From NCBI GenBank assembly GCA_963765145.1, contig CAVXVG010000021.1:96001-160000 (forward strand): a stretch of 64,000 nucleotides of DNA, read 5' to 3'. The notes beneath the pieces were generated by a model. That model was given only the letters and a program-made list of their open reading frames with translations. It searched no databases and was not told the origin of the DNA. Source of the stretch: Parachlamydiales bacterium (GTDB taxonomy: Bacteria; Chlamydiota; Chlamydiia; Chlamydiales; JAJFMK01). The translations under genes and the position numbers were made by a program. Below, piece by piece: positions 19,125 to 29,800 of this stretch (the first letter of the stretch is position 1; every line of letters starts with the position of its first letter).

Positions 19125-19415
19125 ATGCAACTAGAACGATGTAAAAAAATCCTCCGGGAACATAGGAATGACCTAGTCAACCAAGGAGTTCTCGGACTTT
19201 CTGTTTTTGGCTCAACGGTCAGGAACGAAAGCACGCCAAAAAGCGACGTCGACATCCTTGTTGATTTCGACCCTAAGAAGGGACTTTTTGTTTTCATAGG
19301 CCTAAAAGATTATCTAGAAGACATCCTTCAGTGTGATGTCGATTTAGTCACTAAAAACGCCTTACATCCAGCGCTCAAAGATCGAATCCTCCAAGAGGCC
19401 AAGCATGTCTTCTAG
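19125..19415 (+). CDS. Minimal nucleotidyltransferase (MNT antitoxin)
   Basis: VFGSTVRNESTPKSDVDILVDF (GSx10DxD) and DVDLVT..ALHP.LKDRIL.EA. Confidence 0.9.
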   Translation: MQLERCKKILREHRNDLVNQGVLGLSVFGSTVRNESTPKSDVDILVDFDPKKGLFVFIGLKDYLEDILQCDVDLVTKNALHPALKDRILQEAKHVF

Positions 19416-19452
19416 AGACTAGAAGTTTCGCATACAAGTTATTCTTGCGGTA
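19405..19452 (+). pseudogene. Remnant of HEPN/DUF86 toxin gene
   Basis: Overlaps the MNT stop. Reads MSSRD*KFRIQVILAV, like DUF86 N-termini (RDWxxRIxDIL), with TAG at the Trp position. Then runs into the convergent EamA gene. Confidence 0.6.
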
Positions 19453-20364
19453 TCACTTAGCAGGAACTAATTTTTTTGGTTGGAACCAAGCGTCGTAGAC
19501 GAAGAGGCAGATAGAGATAGTGCAGAAGAGACTGCCTAATATTTTAAAGGGAGTCCAGGTGTAGTCGAAAAGGCACAAGGTGATGATGGCAACAAAGAAG
19601 GGGTTTGTCGCCCGTATCGAGCTAATGGTCGAAAGCTGCCCCATCATAATGGCTTTGAAATAAAGGGTGAGGCCTATGCCTTGTGCAATCCAAGTAGTGA
19701 TGGCAAGAATGGTGAAATTGTGGCTTAAAAAAGCCCTTTCAAAATCAAACGACTGCTCGACCGCAAAGCTTGTAAAACCGGAAAGAAGCATCGAGAACAA
19801 CGAAGTCCAAAACATGATCGATTTTGTAGGAATGACAGGCCCTAATTTCAAAAACAGCCCTCTTACAGCGTAGGCAGAGCAAAACATAAAAGCGCAAAGG
19901 ATGCCGGTAAGAGTAGAGCTATCTAAACTAGAGAATGTAAAGAAATAAGCCCCTACCATCGCTAGAACAATGGCCGACCAAACCGTTTTTGTTGGCCTTT
20001 CTCCTAAAAAGAAAAATGCTAAAACAACCGAAAACAAGATGTGATTTCTTCCTAAAAAAGAAAAATCGATCGAATTTAAATGTTGCAGCGACAAGAAATA
20101 GAAAAGAACTCCCAAAGCGCTGATCAAACTGCCCACTAGAAGGTAAAAAAGACCTTTTCTGCTTTTATCTGCAATTTTCCATCCGCCAAGGGCAGCAAAA
20201 AGAACGGCTAGGCAAAAAGAATCGACGAATGCCACTTCATGATAGGGCATCCCCACCAACACCTTTTTATAAACTACAGCTTCTGCTGCCCCCAAAACAG
20301 TTGAAATAAGGGCAAAAAGGGTCCATTTTCTACTCACACTAAGAATTTTACAAGGTTTGAACAA
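19453..20364 (-). CDS. EamA/DMT-family transporter
   Basis: About 10 TM helices and LAFFFLGERP motif. Confidence 0.85.
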   Translation of the reverse strand: MFKPCKILSVSRKWTLFALISTVLGAAEAVVYKKVLVGMPYHEVAFVDSFCLAVLFAALGGWKIADKSRKGLFYLLVGSLISALGVLFYFLSLQHLNSIDFSFLGRNHILFSVVLAFFFLGERPTKTVWSAIVLAMVGAYFFTFSSLDSSTLTGILCAFMFCSAYAVRGLFLKLGPVIPTKSIMFWTSLFSMLLSGFTSFAVEQSFDFERAFLSHNFTILAITTWIAQGIGLTLYFKAIMMGQLSTISSIRATNPFFVAIITLCLFDYTWTPFKILGSLFCTISICLFVYDAWFQPKKLVPAK

Positions 20365-20392
20365 AAACCTAAATCAGGAAGTTACCAGAACT

Positions 20393-20488
20393 CCGCAACG
20401 CGTTTGGAGTGCTAAACTCCTGTTTAGCTTTCATTTTCACTAATAAGTGAAAGCGCAACAAGAGGTGCGCACTCCAAACGCGTTGCGG
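20393..20488. repeat. Palindromic REP-like element (same family as 16825-17311)
   Basis: ccgcaacgcgtttggagtgc ... gcactccaaacgcgttgcgg. A lone MITE-type TIR aattatgcaacaatgcc lies at 20516-20532. Confidence 0.75.
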
Positions 20489-20535
20489 ATTAAAAAATTC
20501 GCTGTATCAGCGGTTAATTATGCAACAATGCCGAA

Positions 20536-21252
20536 CTAACTAGGGCTTTCGAAGAGGAAACGGTGGATTTTGCTCTCTTTTTCAAGCGGAGCGATTTGCT
20601 TATCAAACGATTCAGCAATAGAACCGTTTTCAAGGAAGAAAGCTCGGTCTAGGCTCTTCGCCCCAAAGTTCATGTCTTGGGTAGAGATCACTATCCCCTT
20701 GTTCTCCTTCAAAATCATCTGAAGGATATTGAGAAGAAGAAGGGTGTTTTCCGGGTCAAGCGCCGATGTTGGCTCATCGAGAAAAAGATAAACAGGGTCG
20801 AGTCCAAGAGCACGAGCAATGGCCACCCTTTGCTGCTGACCGCCGGAAAGCTCGTGCGGCATCGCTTTTGCAAACCGTTCCATATCCAGACGAGCTAGCA
20901 GCTCCATCGCCTTCTTTTCAGCCCTTTCCCTGCTAAATTTGAGAAGTGTTTGGATAGGGTGTGCGCAGTTTGCAAGCACATTCATGTGGGGAAATAAAAT
21001 AAACGCTTGAGGCAAAAACCCGACAGTTTGCGCCCTTCTTGCCCGTGGAAATGTTTCGAGCCTTTCGGAATTTGAGAAAATCTCTCCCGAATAATTTTTT
21101 TCCAACTGAGAGAGACATCGAAGGAGTGTTGTTTTGCCTGAACCGCTTTTCCCAAGCAAAAGGGTGCATCTCCCTGTAGGTATTTCGATATGGATATCGT
21201 TTAAAAGCTGCTTTTTGGACTTCGCTACTCTAAGTCTCTCAACTTTTAACAT
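20536..21252 (-). CDS. Polar amino-acid ABC transporter ATPase
   Basis: GKSGSGKT, LSGGQQQRVAIARAL, LDEPTSALDPE. Confidence 0.93.
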   Translation of the reverse strand: MLKVERLRVAKSKKQLLNDIHIEIPTGRCTLLLGKSGSGKTTLLRCLSQLEKNYSGEIFSNSERLETFPRARRAQTVGFLPQAFILFPHMNVLANCAHPIQTLLKFSRERAEKKAMELLARLDMERFAKAMPHELSGGQQQRVAIARALGLDPVYLFLDEPTSALDPENTLLLLNILQMILKENKGIVISTQDMNFGAKSLDRAFFLENGSIAESFDKQIAPLEKESKIHRFLFESPS

Positions 21253-21907
21253 ACTTCATCCTCTTTTCGATGAGCCGCATCACCACGTTTAAAAATCCAG
21301 ACATCACCAGGTAAAATAAGGCAATCGTGAGGTAGACCGGCACCGGCTGCATCTCTCTTGAAACGATATTCATCCCCATACGTGTAAGCTCAAGCATCCC
21401 AATCGAGGCGACGATGGAGGTGCTTTTCAATAACGTATCGAGTTCGTTGTTAAAGGCAGGCAGCACATTGCGAAACATCTGAGGCAAAATGATAAAGCGC
21501 AGGGTCTGCAAGGGACTATAACCGAGAGTAAAAGCGCTCTCCCATTGAGAAACAGGAATCGAATTAATCCCCGCCCGAACAATTTGAGCCACATAACCGG
21601 AGGAGCAAACCCCTAAAGAGAGAACCGATGCCGGAAACGGCTCAAGGTTGTACCCAATCAGGTCGGGAAGGACAAAATAGACAATGAGCAGCTGCACAAA
21701 AAAAGGGATGGCTCTTAAGACAAACGTGATCGATTCAATCAGAGCTGAAAGGAAGGGTATTCGAAGCCGATCGGTTGATAATGAGCCAAAAATAAGGCCA
21801 AGTATCATGCTTAAAGTCGCCGACGCACCCATCACTTGCAGGGTCATCAGCGCCCCTTGAAAAAGGAGCGGTGCCGATCTCTTAAGAAACTCTAAGTAAA
21901 CATCCAC
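21239..21907 (-). CDS. Polar amino-acid ABC transporter permease
   Basis: RAIPFFVQL, IVRAGINSIPVSQWESA, IILPQ. Confidence 0.93.
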   Translation of the reverse strand: MDVYLEFLKRSAPLLFQGALMTLQVMGASATLSMILGLIFGSLSTDRLRIPFLSALIESITFVLRAIPFFVQLLIVYFVLPDLIGYNLEPFPASVLSLGVCSSGYVAQIVRAGINSIPVSQWESAFTLGYSPLQTLRFIILPQMFRNVLPAFNNELDTLLKSTSIVASIGMLELTRMGMNIVSREMQPVPVYLTIALFYLVMSGFLNVVMRLIEKRMKYVKS

Positions 21908-21908
21908 T

Positions 21909-22676
21909 TTACTGCGCCAAATTCCATTTCTTTTCTAATTTCAGAATAGTTCCATCTTGCTGCATCTCTGCGATGGTAGACTGAACTTTTCCAAATAGCT
22001 CTTTATTCACAGGGCTAACACAAATGCCAACTCCTTGAACTTGTTGGTCTTCAGGAAGGTCTATTTCAAGCACTTTCAATTCGGGATACTTGGCCGTAAG
22101 GGCAGGAATGAGAGAGGGGTCAAGTGTTGTCCCACATGACTTCCCATATTTTATTTCCATGAGGGCATCGGTAATCTTATCTACATATTTCAGATTCACT
22201 GATGGATAATTTTTTAAAATCTCTTCTTGAGAAGTTCCTGCCTCTACACAAATGTATTTCCCTGTGCTCGTACTTGCAATTTTCGATAAATCATCGATAG
22301 TTTCTATATTTTGCGGCACCTCTTTCCAAAAAACGAACGGCATTTTGGTGAGCTTTTCTCCTTGATAATAGACAAAATCAATATGTTTGGCCCTTTCGGC
22401 AGTTATAGAAACGGCCCAAATAAGTAGATCGATTTTCCCCTGCTTTAAAGCAAGCATCAAACTGGGCATACTTCCAAGATCTTTTAAAACAAGCTTCCGG
22501 TGAAGTCTTGCTGCAAGCTCAGTGGCGACATCGATATCAAACCCTTCATAATCCCCATGGTCATTTAAACTAACAAAAGGGGCATACCCTGAAGAGGTCC
22601 CAACAACAAGAGGAGGAAGTTCCGCCTCTTGAGCAACAAGTCCAAAAGAAAGTAAAAGTGCAAAAATCAGTTTCAT
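21909..22676 (-). CDS. Amino-acid ABC transporter substrate-binding protein (ArtJ/HisJ-like)
   Basis: Signal peptide, GTSSGYAPF, GFDIDVA, SITAERAK. Confidence 0.9.
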   Translation of the reverse strand: MKLIFALLLSFGLVAQEAELPPLVVGTSSGYAPFVSLNDHGDYEGFDIDVATELAARLHRKLVLKDLGSMPSLMLALKQGKIDLLIWAVSITAERAKHIDFVYYQGEKLTKMPFVFWKEVPQNIETIDDLSKIASTSTGKYICVEAGTSQEEILKNYPSVNLKYVDKITDALMEIKYGKSCGTTLDPSLIPALTAKYPELKVLEIDLPEDQQVQGVGICVSPVNKELFGKVQSTIAEMQQDGTILKLEKKWNLAQ

Positions 22677-22733
22677 TATCTAGCCATTTTTATTTTGCTT
22701 TGTCTCCTAATAAAGAAACAAATCGGTGAGTAT

Positions 22734-24311
22734 CTAGTCTACTAAGCGCTTTATCGATGTTAAAATAATATTCGAAAGCAGTATCTGTTTCAATGGGGAA
22801 TTCAACTTGCGAATTTTCTTTTTAGGGTATGAAAAGAGCTGTTCGCAGGGGAGACCTGCCGACAGAGAGGGGAATTTTAGCCGAGCAATCGAATAAGCCT
22901 GCATCATGACAGTGCCATACACTGCAAGAAGCTGGCGGAACAGCTCGAGCTGTTCCAACAGTTTTTGACCGGCTGATGCTCCGTAACTGACGACATCTTC
23001 CGACTCATTGGCGCTTGTAATGTTAAAGGCCGAAACCGGGTTTGCCAATTGGCAGATTTTTTGAGCCAGCGCATTAGCTGTGTATTGAGGAATCATGAAG
23101 CCTGAAAGAAGGCCCTGCTGTTGTTCATTACAAATCAAATAGGTAGGCAAAACATGTCCATTGCGATCGGGATTCAAGACATAGGTGATTTGCCGCTCGA
23201 GCGTCAGAGCAAGTTTTGCATTAGCCATGCAAAGGACATCGGCCGAGGTGGCTAAATTTTCTCCATGGAAGTTTCCACCTGAAAGGATCGCCCACCGATC
23301 CCCACCCACTTGCATTTGATACCGGGCGGCAATGGAGTCGAGAATTTCTTCGTTTTTAAAAAGAAGGGGGTTGTCTGTAACGGCATCAAGTTCATTGCAG
23401 ATAACGTCTCTTTGAGAAAGGATCAGCTCGATTTTAGGCCCAAAAATCTGAGGAAGGCAACGGATGCAATAGTCATCTTGCACTTTTTTGCTATCGACGA
23501 AGGGGGAATTGTGCAGGAACTTAGCCAAAATCTTAGCCACTTGAGACTGCCCTTTTTGATTTCTCACATGGTGAATCGACTCAGAAAATGCCGCGTCCAA
23601 AGCCTGTACGCTGTTTAAAAACAGGGCTTGCAGAGCTAGCATCGTTTCTACGTGGTGAATCTCCTGCATGTAGGCATGGGCGAGCATAGAGGCCATAAAG
23701 GATGTACCATTAGTCAAAGCCAGCCCTTCTTTGGCGCGCGGACGGAACGGTGTAATCCCATGTTTCTTTAAGGCTTCGGCTGCAAGACAGCGGGTGTCCC
23801 CATTTGTCACCATCACAGGATCACCCATCATGGCACGGCCAAGGCGAGCAAGTGTGGCTAAGTCGCCGCTGGCCCCAAGAGATCCTGTAGCTGGAATGTC
23901 AGGGATAATATCGGCATTTAACATCTGAACCAGTGTTTGCAACGCCTCTAGAGAAAAACCAGAATGGCCTTTTGCTAATGAGTTAATCCGAAGAAGCATG
24001 GCTCCCCGGACAACCTCTTTCGGCATGCACGGTCCTATCCCCGCATCGTGACTGCGGATTAAGTTTTCTGAAAGTTCTGAAGCTTTCTCCGGCGGAATCG
24101 TGCGGTTCCTTAAATTGGCAAACCCTGTAGTCAATCCATACACTTTGACTTTTTGTTCAAGGAGGACGTCGATGAGGTTGCGGGTTTCTTGCAGCCGCAC
24201 GACTGTCGGTTCCGATAGAGCAACTCCAGACCCCTGATAGACCACACGGGCAAAATCTTCCAGCGAGAGCTGGATCTCTTCACCTAAATATTGGGGGGTT
24301 AATGTCGTCAC
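22734..24311 (-). CDS. hutH: Histidine ammonia-lyase
   Basis: MIO motif GSLGASGDLA, YGLTTGF, LIRSH, GGNFHG. GTG start with AAGGAG RBS. C-terminal ~30 aa possibly frameshifted. Confidence 0.88.
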   Translation of the reverse strand: MTTLTPQYLGEEIQLSLEDFARVVYQGSGVALSEPTVVRLQETRNLIDVLLEQKVKVYGLTTGFANLRNRTIPPEKASELSENLIRSHDAGIGPCMPKEVVRGAMLLRINSLAKGHSGFSLEALQTLVQMLNADIIPDIPATGSLGASGDLATLARLGRAMMGDPVMVTNGDTRCLAAEALKKHGITPFRPRAKEGLALTNGTSFMASMLAHAYMQEIHHVETMLALQALFLNSVQALDAAFSESIHHVRNQKGQSQVAKILAKFLHNSPFVDSKKVQDDYCIRCLPQIFGPKIELILSQRDVICNELDAVTDNPLLFKNEEILDSIAARYQMQVGGDRWAILSGGNFHGENLATSADVLCMANAKLALTLERQITYVLNPDRNGHVLPTYLICNEQQQGLLSGFMIPQYTANALAQKICQLANPVSAFNITSANESEDVVSYGASAGQKLLEQLELFRQLLAVYGTVMMQAYSIARLKFPSLSAGLPCEQLFSYPKKKIRKLNSPLKQILLSNIILTSIKRLVD

Positions 24312-25282
24312 AAATTGCTCCTTAAATTGCTTTTTAACCACTTTTTATTAAACCACAACGCCGCAAAGCTTGCCGCAAGATGGGCTGTAATAGAACCCAC
24401 ATCGTTAGGTGGAGACAGCTCTGCAATATCGAATGCGACAGTTTTTGGATTTTCAAAGATGGTCTCAAACAAACTGTAAATCTCTTTTGGCAATAGGCCT
24501 AAACTCTGCGGCGCACTTACCCCCGGAGCAAATGCGCTGGCTATCACATCGAGACAAAGTGAAACATAAACGATGTCATTGTCTTCGATCAGCCTTTGAA
24601 TCATAGCCGGAGCCGTTTTAACATCGTCAGCAAAGATCCAGCGGCTTTTTTGCTTAGCTGCTCTCTCAAAAAGGAGTCTATTATTTCCGTAAGGCTGAAT
24701 TCCGACGACTAGATGGTCAAAAGATCCTCCATGCTCACCGACGTAATCAGCTATCTGAGCAAATGAAGTCCCTGAAGTCCCTTTTTGGTCTTTAAGTGGC
24801 CGCATATCAAAATGAGCATCAAGTTGAAGAATGCCGATTCTTTTCTTTGGGTAGGCTTTAAAAAGGCCCTGATAATGGGCAAAAGCAACCTCATGTCCCC
24901 CTCCGATAACAAAAGAAGAAAAGCCTTTCGCATGTAGTTTCGCAACTATTTCTGCAAGCTTTTGCTGAGATCCTTCTAGATCTTGATTTTCGCAAGTAAC
25001 TGTGCCTACATCATAAAGAGGGGGGATATCTTGATGAGGAAGAGCCATTTTTCCTAAAACTTTTCTTAAGGCATCAGGCCCAGCTTTCGCCCCTAGCCTT
25101 CCGCCATTTCTTCTCACCCCTTCCTCTACTGCAAACCCAATCAGAGCGGCCCCCTTTTCATCGGGTGGAAACTCTGCAACGGGAAGGGGTCGAACGATCT
25201 CGTGAAAGTAACAATTGGGCTGACTTTCTTTTCGGCCTGACCAATGCTCAAGCGTAGGAGCGAGGTAGTGGTTGTCGGTCAT
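24308..25282 (-). CDS. hutG: Formimidoylglutamase
   Basis: EGVRRNGGRLGA, GGGHE, DAHFD, APGVSAP. Confidence 0.92.
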   Translation of the reverse strand: MTDNHYLAPTLEHWSGRKESQPNCYFHEIVRPLPVAEFPPDEKGAALIGFAVEEGVRRNGGRLGAKAGPDALRKVLGKMALPHQDIPPLYDVGTVTCENQDLEGSQQKLAEIVAKLHAKGFSSFVIGGGHEVAFAHYQGLFKAYPKKRIGILQLDAHFDMRPLKDQKGTSGTSFAQIADYVGEHGGSFDHLVVGIQPYGNNRLLFERAAKQKSRWIFADDVKTAPAMIQRLIEDNDIVYVSLCLDVIASAFAPGVSAPQSLGLLPKEIYSLFETIFENPKTVAFDIAELSPPNDVGSITAHLAASFAALWFNKKWLKSNLRSNL

Positions 25283-26505
25283 AATCTTGCAACTCCTTTA
25301 ATCCACACCTGTTTTGGCTTCATGCCACCTTGCCAATAGAGAATTTCCCGAAAGTCGCTACAAGGGTAGGCAGCAAAATCGGCTCTCTTCCGGGGAGACA
25401 GCTCTCCTCGATCAGAAAATTTAAGCGCATGTGCTGCTCGACAGGTTATCGCGGCCAAGGTTTCGGCCATGGAAAGTTTTTGTTGAGCACCCAAAAGGGC
25501 ACTTTGAGCTAAAAGATAACCCATGGGAGCTGAACCTGGATTCCAATCAGAAGCAATCACAAGAGGCAATCCCATATCGAGCGCTAAGCGAGCCTTCGGC
25601 AGGCCTATTCCGAGACCAAAACTTGCCCCCGGCAACATAATCGGAACCACCCCTTTATTTTTCAGAGCTCGGAAATCCTCTTCTTCTGAAACCTCTAAAT
25701 GGTCGGCTGACAAGGCAGAAACTTCGGCTGCAAGCAACGCTCCTCCACGAGAGAATTGGTCTCCATGGACAACAAGATCAAAGCCCAGCTCTCCCGCTCT
25801 TTGGAGGAAAGGTTTTGCTTCTGAAGGAGAAAAGGCTCCTTTTTCGACAAAAATATCGACCCTTGTTGCCAGCTTTTCTTTTTTAACTTTCGGCAATAAC
25901 TCTTGCAAAATCCACTCTAGATAAAGGACGGGAGATGCAAATTCTTTTGGTGTTGTATGGGCTGCAAGGCATGTCGAAACGATTTGCAGCGGTTGCAAAT
26001 CTCGTGCTTTTTGAATGGCGCGCAACATTTTTAGTTCGCACTCTTCAGAAAGTCCATAACCGCTTTTCACTTCGCAAGTGGTAATTCCCTCTGATAGCAT
26101 CTTAGAGAGCCTCGGCAACATGGTTTGCACAAGTTCAACTTCTGCTGCATTCCTTGTCTTTTCGACAGTGTAAAGGATGCCGCCTCCTCTTTTGCTGATC
26201 TCCTGATAGGTCGCTCCGCTGAGTCTATCGGCATAGTCTAGTGCACGGTTGCCGGCAAAACAGATGTGTGTGTGCGCATCAATCAAACCGGGGATCAAGA
26301 CCGACTCCCCTTCTACCCCTTCAATCTTTAGCCCCTCTTTCTTCAGCTCTGAAAAGGGACCAATGGATTCAATGAGTCCATCTTTTACAATAATGCCCCC
26401 ATCTTTCAGAACGTGGAGTTCACGATCTAAAAGGGGGCCCTCCTTTTTGACAGAAGAGAGAGGCACGATCTCTGTGAATGGTCCGATAAGGTGTCGATGG
26501 CTCAT
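25279..26505 (-). CDS. hutI: Imidazolonepropionase
   Basis: [27 protein letters not shown]. Confidence 0.95.
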   Translation of the reverse strand: MSHRHLIGPFTEIVPLSSVKKEGPLLDRELHVLKDGGIIVKDGLIESIGPFSELKKEGLKIEGVEGESVLIPGLIDAHTHICFAGNRALDYADRLSGATYQEISKRGGGILYTVEKTRNAAEVELVQTMLPRLSKMLSEGITTCEVKSGYGLSEECELKMLRAIQKARDLQPLQIVSTCLAAHTTPKEFASPVLYLEWILQELLPKVKKEKLATRVDIFVEKGAFSPSEAKPFLQRAGELGFDLVVHGDQFSRGGALLAAEVSALSADHLEVSEEEDFRALKNKGVVPIMLPGASFGLGIGLPKARLALDMGLPLVIASDWNPGSAPMGYLLAQSALLGAQQKLSMAETLAAITCRAAHALKFSDRGELSPRKRADFAAYPCSDFREILYWQGGMKPKQVWIKGVARL

Positions 26506-28211
26506 GCTTTGCTACGAACAGCTTCTCCATCAGCTAAATGCAACGAAGTTTCGTAACCGGCATCTGCATGGCGGAAAATGCCAAGGGCAGGATCGTTGAA
26601 CAACACCCTTCTTAAACATTTTTCAGCCCGGTCTGTCCCATCAGCCACAACCACCATGCCGGCATGTTGTGAATAGCCGATTCCAACTCCCCCACCATGG
26701 TGAAAGGAGATCCAAGTAGCGCCACCTGAAGCATTCGACATTAAATTGAGCAGCGGCCAATCAGAGACCGCATCGCTTCCGTCTTTCATTGCCTCTGTTT
26801 CTCTATACGGCGAAGCTACCGATCCGCAATCTAAGTGATCGCGGCCAATGACAATGGGAGCTTTGACAATTTTTTTCCTAACAAGATCGTTAAAAATCAG
26901 CCCGGCTTTTTCTCGTTCGCCCATTCCCAGCCAACAAATTCTTGCCGGAAGGCCTTGGAAAGCCACTTTTTCATGTGCTGCTTTTAACCACATTGCAAGA
27001 TGAGGGTTTTCCGGAAAAGCCTTTATCAATGCCTCATCGGTCTTTTGAATATCTTCTGGATCACCTGAAAGGGCTACCCAGCGAAACGGCCCCTTTCCTT
27101 CGCAAAAAAGAGGTCGGATATATTCAGGAACAAAGCCTGGGATATCAAAGGCGTTTTCTGCCCCTCCCTCTTTGGCAAAAGCCCTCAGGTTATTACCATA
27201 GTCAAAAACCTTTACCCCACGATTCTTGAAGGCCAACATCATTTTTACATGTTCTGCCATGGTTGCAATCGATTTTTCCCGATATCCTTTTGGAGAAGTT
27301 TGTCTCAGTTTTTTAGCTGTTTCCGGAGTATAACCTGAGGGGATATAACCATTAAGAGGGTCGTGTGCTGAGGTTTGGTCGGTCAAAAGATCGATCGCTA
27401 TTTTATCTGCGTAAAGTTTGCCTAAAATCGTTGCAGCATCGCCCACAAGACCTAGCGAGAAGGGCCGTTTTTCCTCTTGAGCTTTTAAGATAAGTTTTTT
27501 TGCCTCTTCATAGTCAAACGTCATTTGATCGATGTATCTTGTCTCAAGCCGTTTTTTGATTCTTTCCGGATCGATGTCAATACCAAGGAAAACGCCTCCA
27601 TTCATTGTGACAGCGAGGGGTTGTGCACCTCCCATTCCACCAAGCCCACCTGAAACAACCAGCTTCCCCTTCAAGTTACCTTGAAAGTGCTTTCTAGCTG
27701 CTGCTGCAAAGGTTTCGTAGGTTCCTTGCAAAATACCTTGCGTTCCAATGTAGATCCAACTGCCTGCCGTCATTTGCCCATACATCATCAACCCCTTTTC
27801 TTTTAAGGCGTTGAAGTGTTCCCAAGTAGCAAAGTGAGGAACTAAATTGCTATTTGCAATCAATACTCGTGGAGCTTCTGGGTGAGATCTGACCACTCCA
27901 ACAGGTTTTCCCGATTGGACAAGCAGGCTTTCATCATCGTTTAACACCAAAAGTGCTTCTATTATCTTTTCAAGGCTTTTCCGATCACGCGCAGCTTGCC
28001 CTGTCCCGCCATAAACAATCAAATTGGCAGGGTCTTCGGCCACTTCTTGATCCAAGTTGTTGAGCAACATTCTAAGCGGCGCTTCTGTTTGCCATGATTT
28101 TGCATGCAAAGAGTTGCCCCGTGGCGCACGATAAGAGGGATGTTTTGCAAATTCGTTTAAAAAATCTGAAAGCTGATTTTTTTGACTCATCTGGGCTGGT
28201 ATCGTATGCAT
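26502..28211 (-). CDS. hutU: Urocanate hydratase
   Basis: [36 protein letters not shown]. Confidence 0.97.
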   Translation of the reverse strand: MHTIPAQMSQKNQLSDFLNEFAKHPSYRAPRGNSLHAKSWQTEAPLRMLLNNLDQEVAEDPANLIVYGGTGQAARDRKSLEKIIEALLVLNDDESLLVQSGKPVGVVRSHPEAPRVLIANSNLVPHFATWEHFNALKEKGLMMYGQMTAGSWIYIGTQGILQGTYETFAAAARKHFQGNLKGKLVVSGGLGGMGGAQPLAVTMNGGVFLGIDIDPERIKKRLETRYIDQMTFDYEEAKKLILKAQEEKRPFSLGLVGDAATILGKLYADKIAIDLLTDQTSAHDPLNGYIPSGYTPETAKKLRQTSPKGYREKSIATMAEHVKMMLAFKNRGVKVFDYGNNLRAFAKEGGAENAFDIPGFVPEYIRPLFCEGKGPFRWVALSGDPEDIQKTDEALIKAFPENPHLAMWLKAAHEKVAFQGLPARICWLGMGEREKAGLIFNDLVRKKIVKAPIVIGRDHLDCGSVASPYRETEAMKDGSDAVSDWPLLNLMSNASGGATWISFHHGGGVGIGYSQHAGMVVVADGTDRAEKCLRRVLFNDPALGIFRHADAGYETSLHLADGEAVRSKA

Positions 28212-28360
28212 GTCTAGATCCTAAACTTGAAAATTGATAACGAAGCGAAGATAGCCTAGCCTTCCCTTTTAGACAAGCAGTGGATTGAAAAATCGTTCTT
28301 GGAAAATATTTTCACGTATGTTTTATTGCACATGTAACTTTAAAAAATGAGGAGCATTTA

Positions 28361-29740
28361 ATGAGCGCAACAACCGCAACTGCCGCAACTACAGCAACAC
28401 GTGCAGTAATTTCTGGATTTCACAACTATACAGAGGCGCAACAGGCGCTTTTTGGAACTTGGAAAAAGATTCTTGGCGTCGTCTTTTCTCGACATGGCTT
28501 CGTTCAGTTTAACCCACGCCCTGCAGAACTTAAAGCAAGCTTACAAACAGGAGGTATTGGGCACGAAGTTTATCAAATCAATCGAATGACAGATGGTCAA
28601 GAGACCGAACTTGCACTTCCTTTTGATAGAACAGTTCCACTTGCCAATTGGATCAGTGAGCACGCAAAAGAGATCGTTTTCCCTTTCAAAAGACAGCACA
28701 TTGATATCTCGTGGAGAGCTGAACGGCCTCAATCAGGGCGCCTCAGAGCTTTTTATCAAGCCGATGTTGATATGGTGGGGCCAAAACTTGGGCCTTTAGC
28801 CGATGCAGAGTGCTTTGCGACCATTTTTGAAGCGGTAGAGGCTCTTGGTTTTAACGATTTCAGAATGTCTCTGAATCACATGTCGATCACCAGAGGTATG
28901 CTTAAACCGCTGAATCTCTCTGAAGAAAATGTAACACTAGCCCTACGGGAGATCGATAAGCTAGATAAACTGCCTGAAGAAAAGGTAGTCGAAGAAATCC
29001 TTAAAATAGACCCTAATTTGCAAGTAGATGCTGTTAAAACACTTGTCAGCAGCCTCAACTTCCGTGGTTCTATTAACGACTTCATCCTTCGAGAAGAGTG
29101 GGGCCAGGAAGCAGTAGACGGACTTGCTGCCTTAAAAGACCTCTTCCGCAATTTGGAAACACTTGGCATAGACATTAAACGCCTCGACTTTTGTCCCGGC
29201 CTGGCCCGTGGCCTGGCCTATTACACAGGACCCGTTTTTGAAACGCATTTAAAAGGTGGAACAAGTAGCATTGCCAGTGGTGGCCGTTTTGACAAGCTGG
29301 TCCAAGGCCTAGGGGAAGGAGAACTTCCCGGTGTTGGAGGCTCCATCGGTCTATCTCGCCTTTTTGATATTCATATGAAAGCCTTGGAATCAAATCCGGA
29401 AGAGGCGGAAAAGGTTCTCAGAAAAAAATCGGACGCAGATTGCGTAGTTCTTTTCCACCAAGATGCTGACATGGAAAAGGGAATTCAAATTGCCAAGACC
29501 CTAAGAGAAAAGGGACTTAATGTTGAGTTGTATACCGAAGGCTCAACAATGAAGCTTCCAAAGAAACTAGAATACGCCAACAAAAAGGGGATACCTCTTG
29601 CTGTCATGGCCTTTAGTGACGATGTTTCAGTTCGAAACATGGAAGCGGGAACGCAAGAAAAATATGCATCAGAAGATGAGGCCATTGCTGCGATCATCGC
29701 TTTAAAGCGAAATGAAGCGGCATTTGCTGGAGCTGTTTAA
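28361..29740 (+). CDS. hisS: Histidine--tRNA ligase (divergent)
   Basis: WRAERPQSGR..FYQADVD, RGLAYYTG, GGRFD, GVGGSIG, C-terminal anticodon-binding domain. Confidence 0.85.
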   Translation: MSATTATAATTATRAVISGFHNYTEAQQALFGTWKKILGVVFSRHGFVQFNPRPAELKASLQTGGIGHEVYQINRMTDGQETELALPFDRTVPLANWISEHAKEIVFPFKRQHIDISWRAERPQSGRLRAFYQADVDMVGPKLGPLADAECFATIFEAVEALGFNDFRMSLNHMSITRGMLKPLNLSEENVTLALREIDKLDKLPEEKVVEEILKIDPNLQVDAVKTLVSSLNFRGSINDFILREEWGQEAVDGLAALKDLFRNLETLGIDIKRLDFCPGLARGLAYYTGPVFETHLKGGTSSIASGGRFDKLVQGLGEGELPGVGGSIGLSRLFDIHMKALESNPEEAEKVLRKKSDADCVVLFHQDADMEKGIQIAKTLREKGLNVELYTEGSTMKLPKKLEYANKKGIPLAVMAFSDDVSVRNMEAGTQEKYASEDEAIAAIIALKRNEAAFAGAV

Positions 29741-29755
29741 TCTACATATTCAGCT

Positions 29756-29800
29756 AAAATAGGCGCTAGGTAACTACGTTATCTAGCGCCTATTTTTTTT
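29756..29800 (+). terminator. Intrinsic terminator, possibly bidirectional
   Basis: aaaataggcgctaggtaac-tac-gttatctagcgcctatttttttt between convergent genes. Confidence 0.85.

Noticed and set aside
16825..20532. Palindromes considered as tRNA, ncRNA or CRISPR
   Set aside because: No cloverleaf or TpsiC motif and no regular repeat-spacer periodicity. Better explained as REP/MITE elements.
22734..24311. MIO enzyme considered as a Phe/Tyr ammonia-lyase or aminomutase for secondary metabolism
   Set aside because: The SH specificity pair and position in the hutUIG operon indicate histidine ammonia-lyase.
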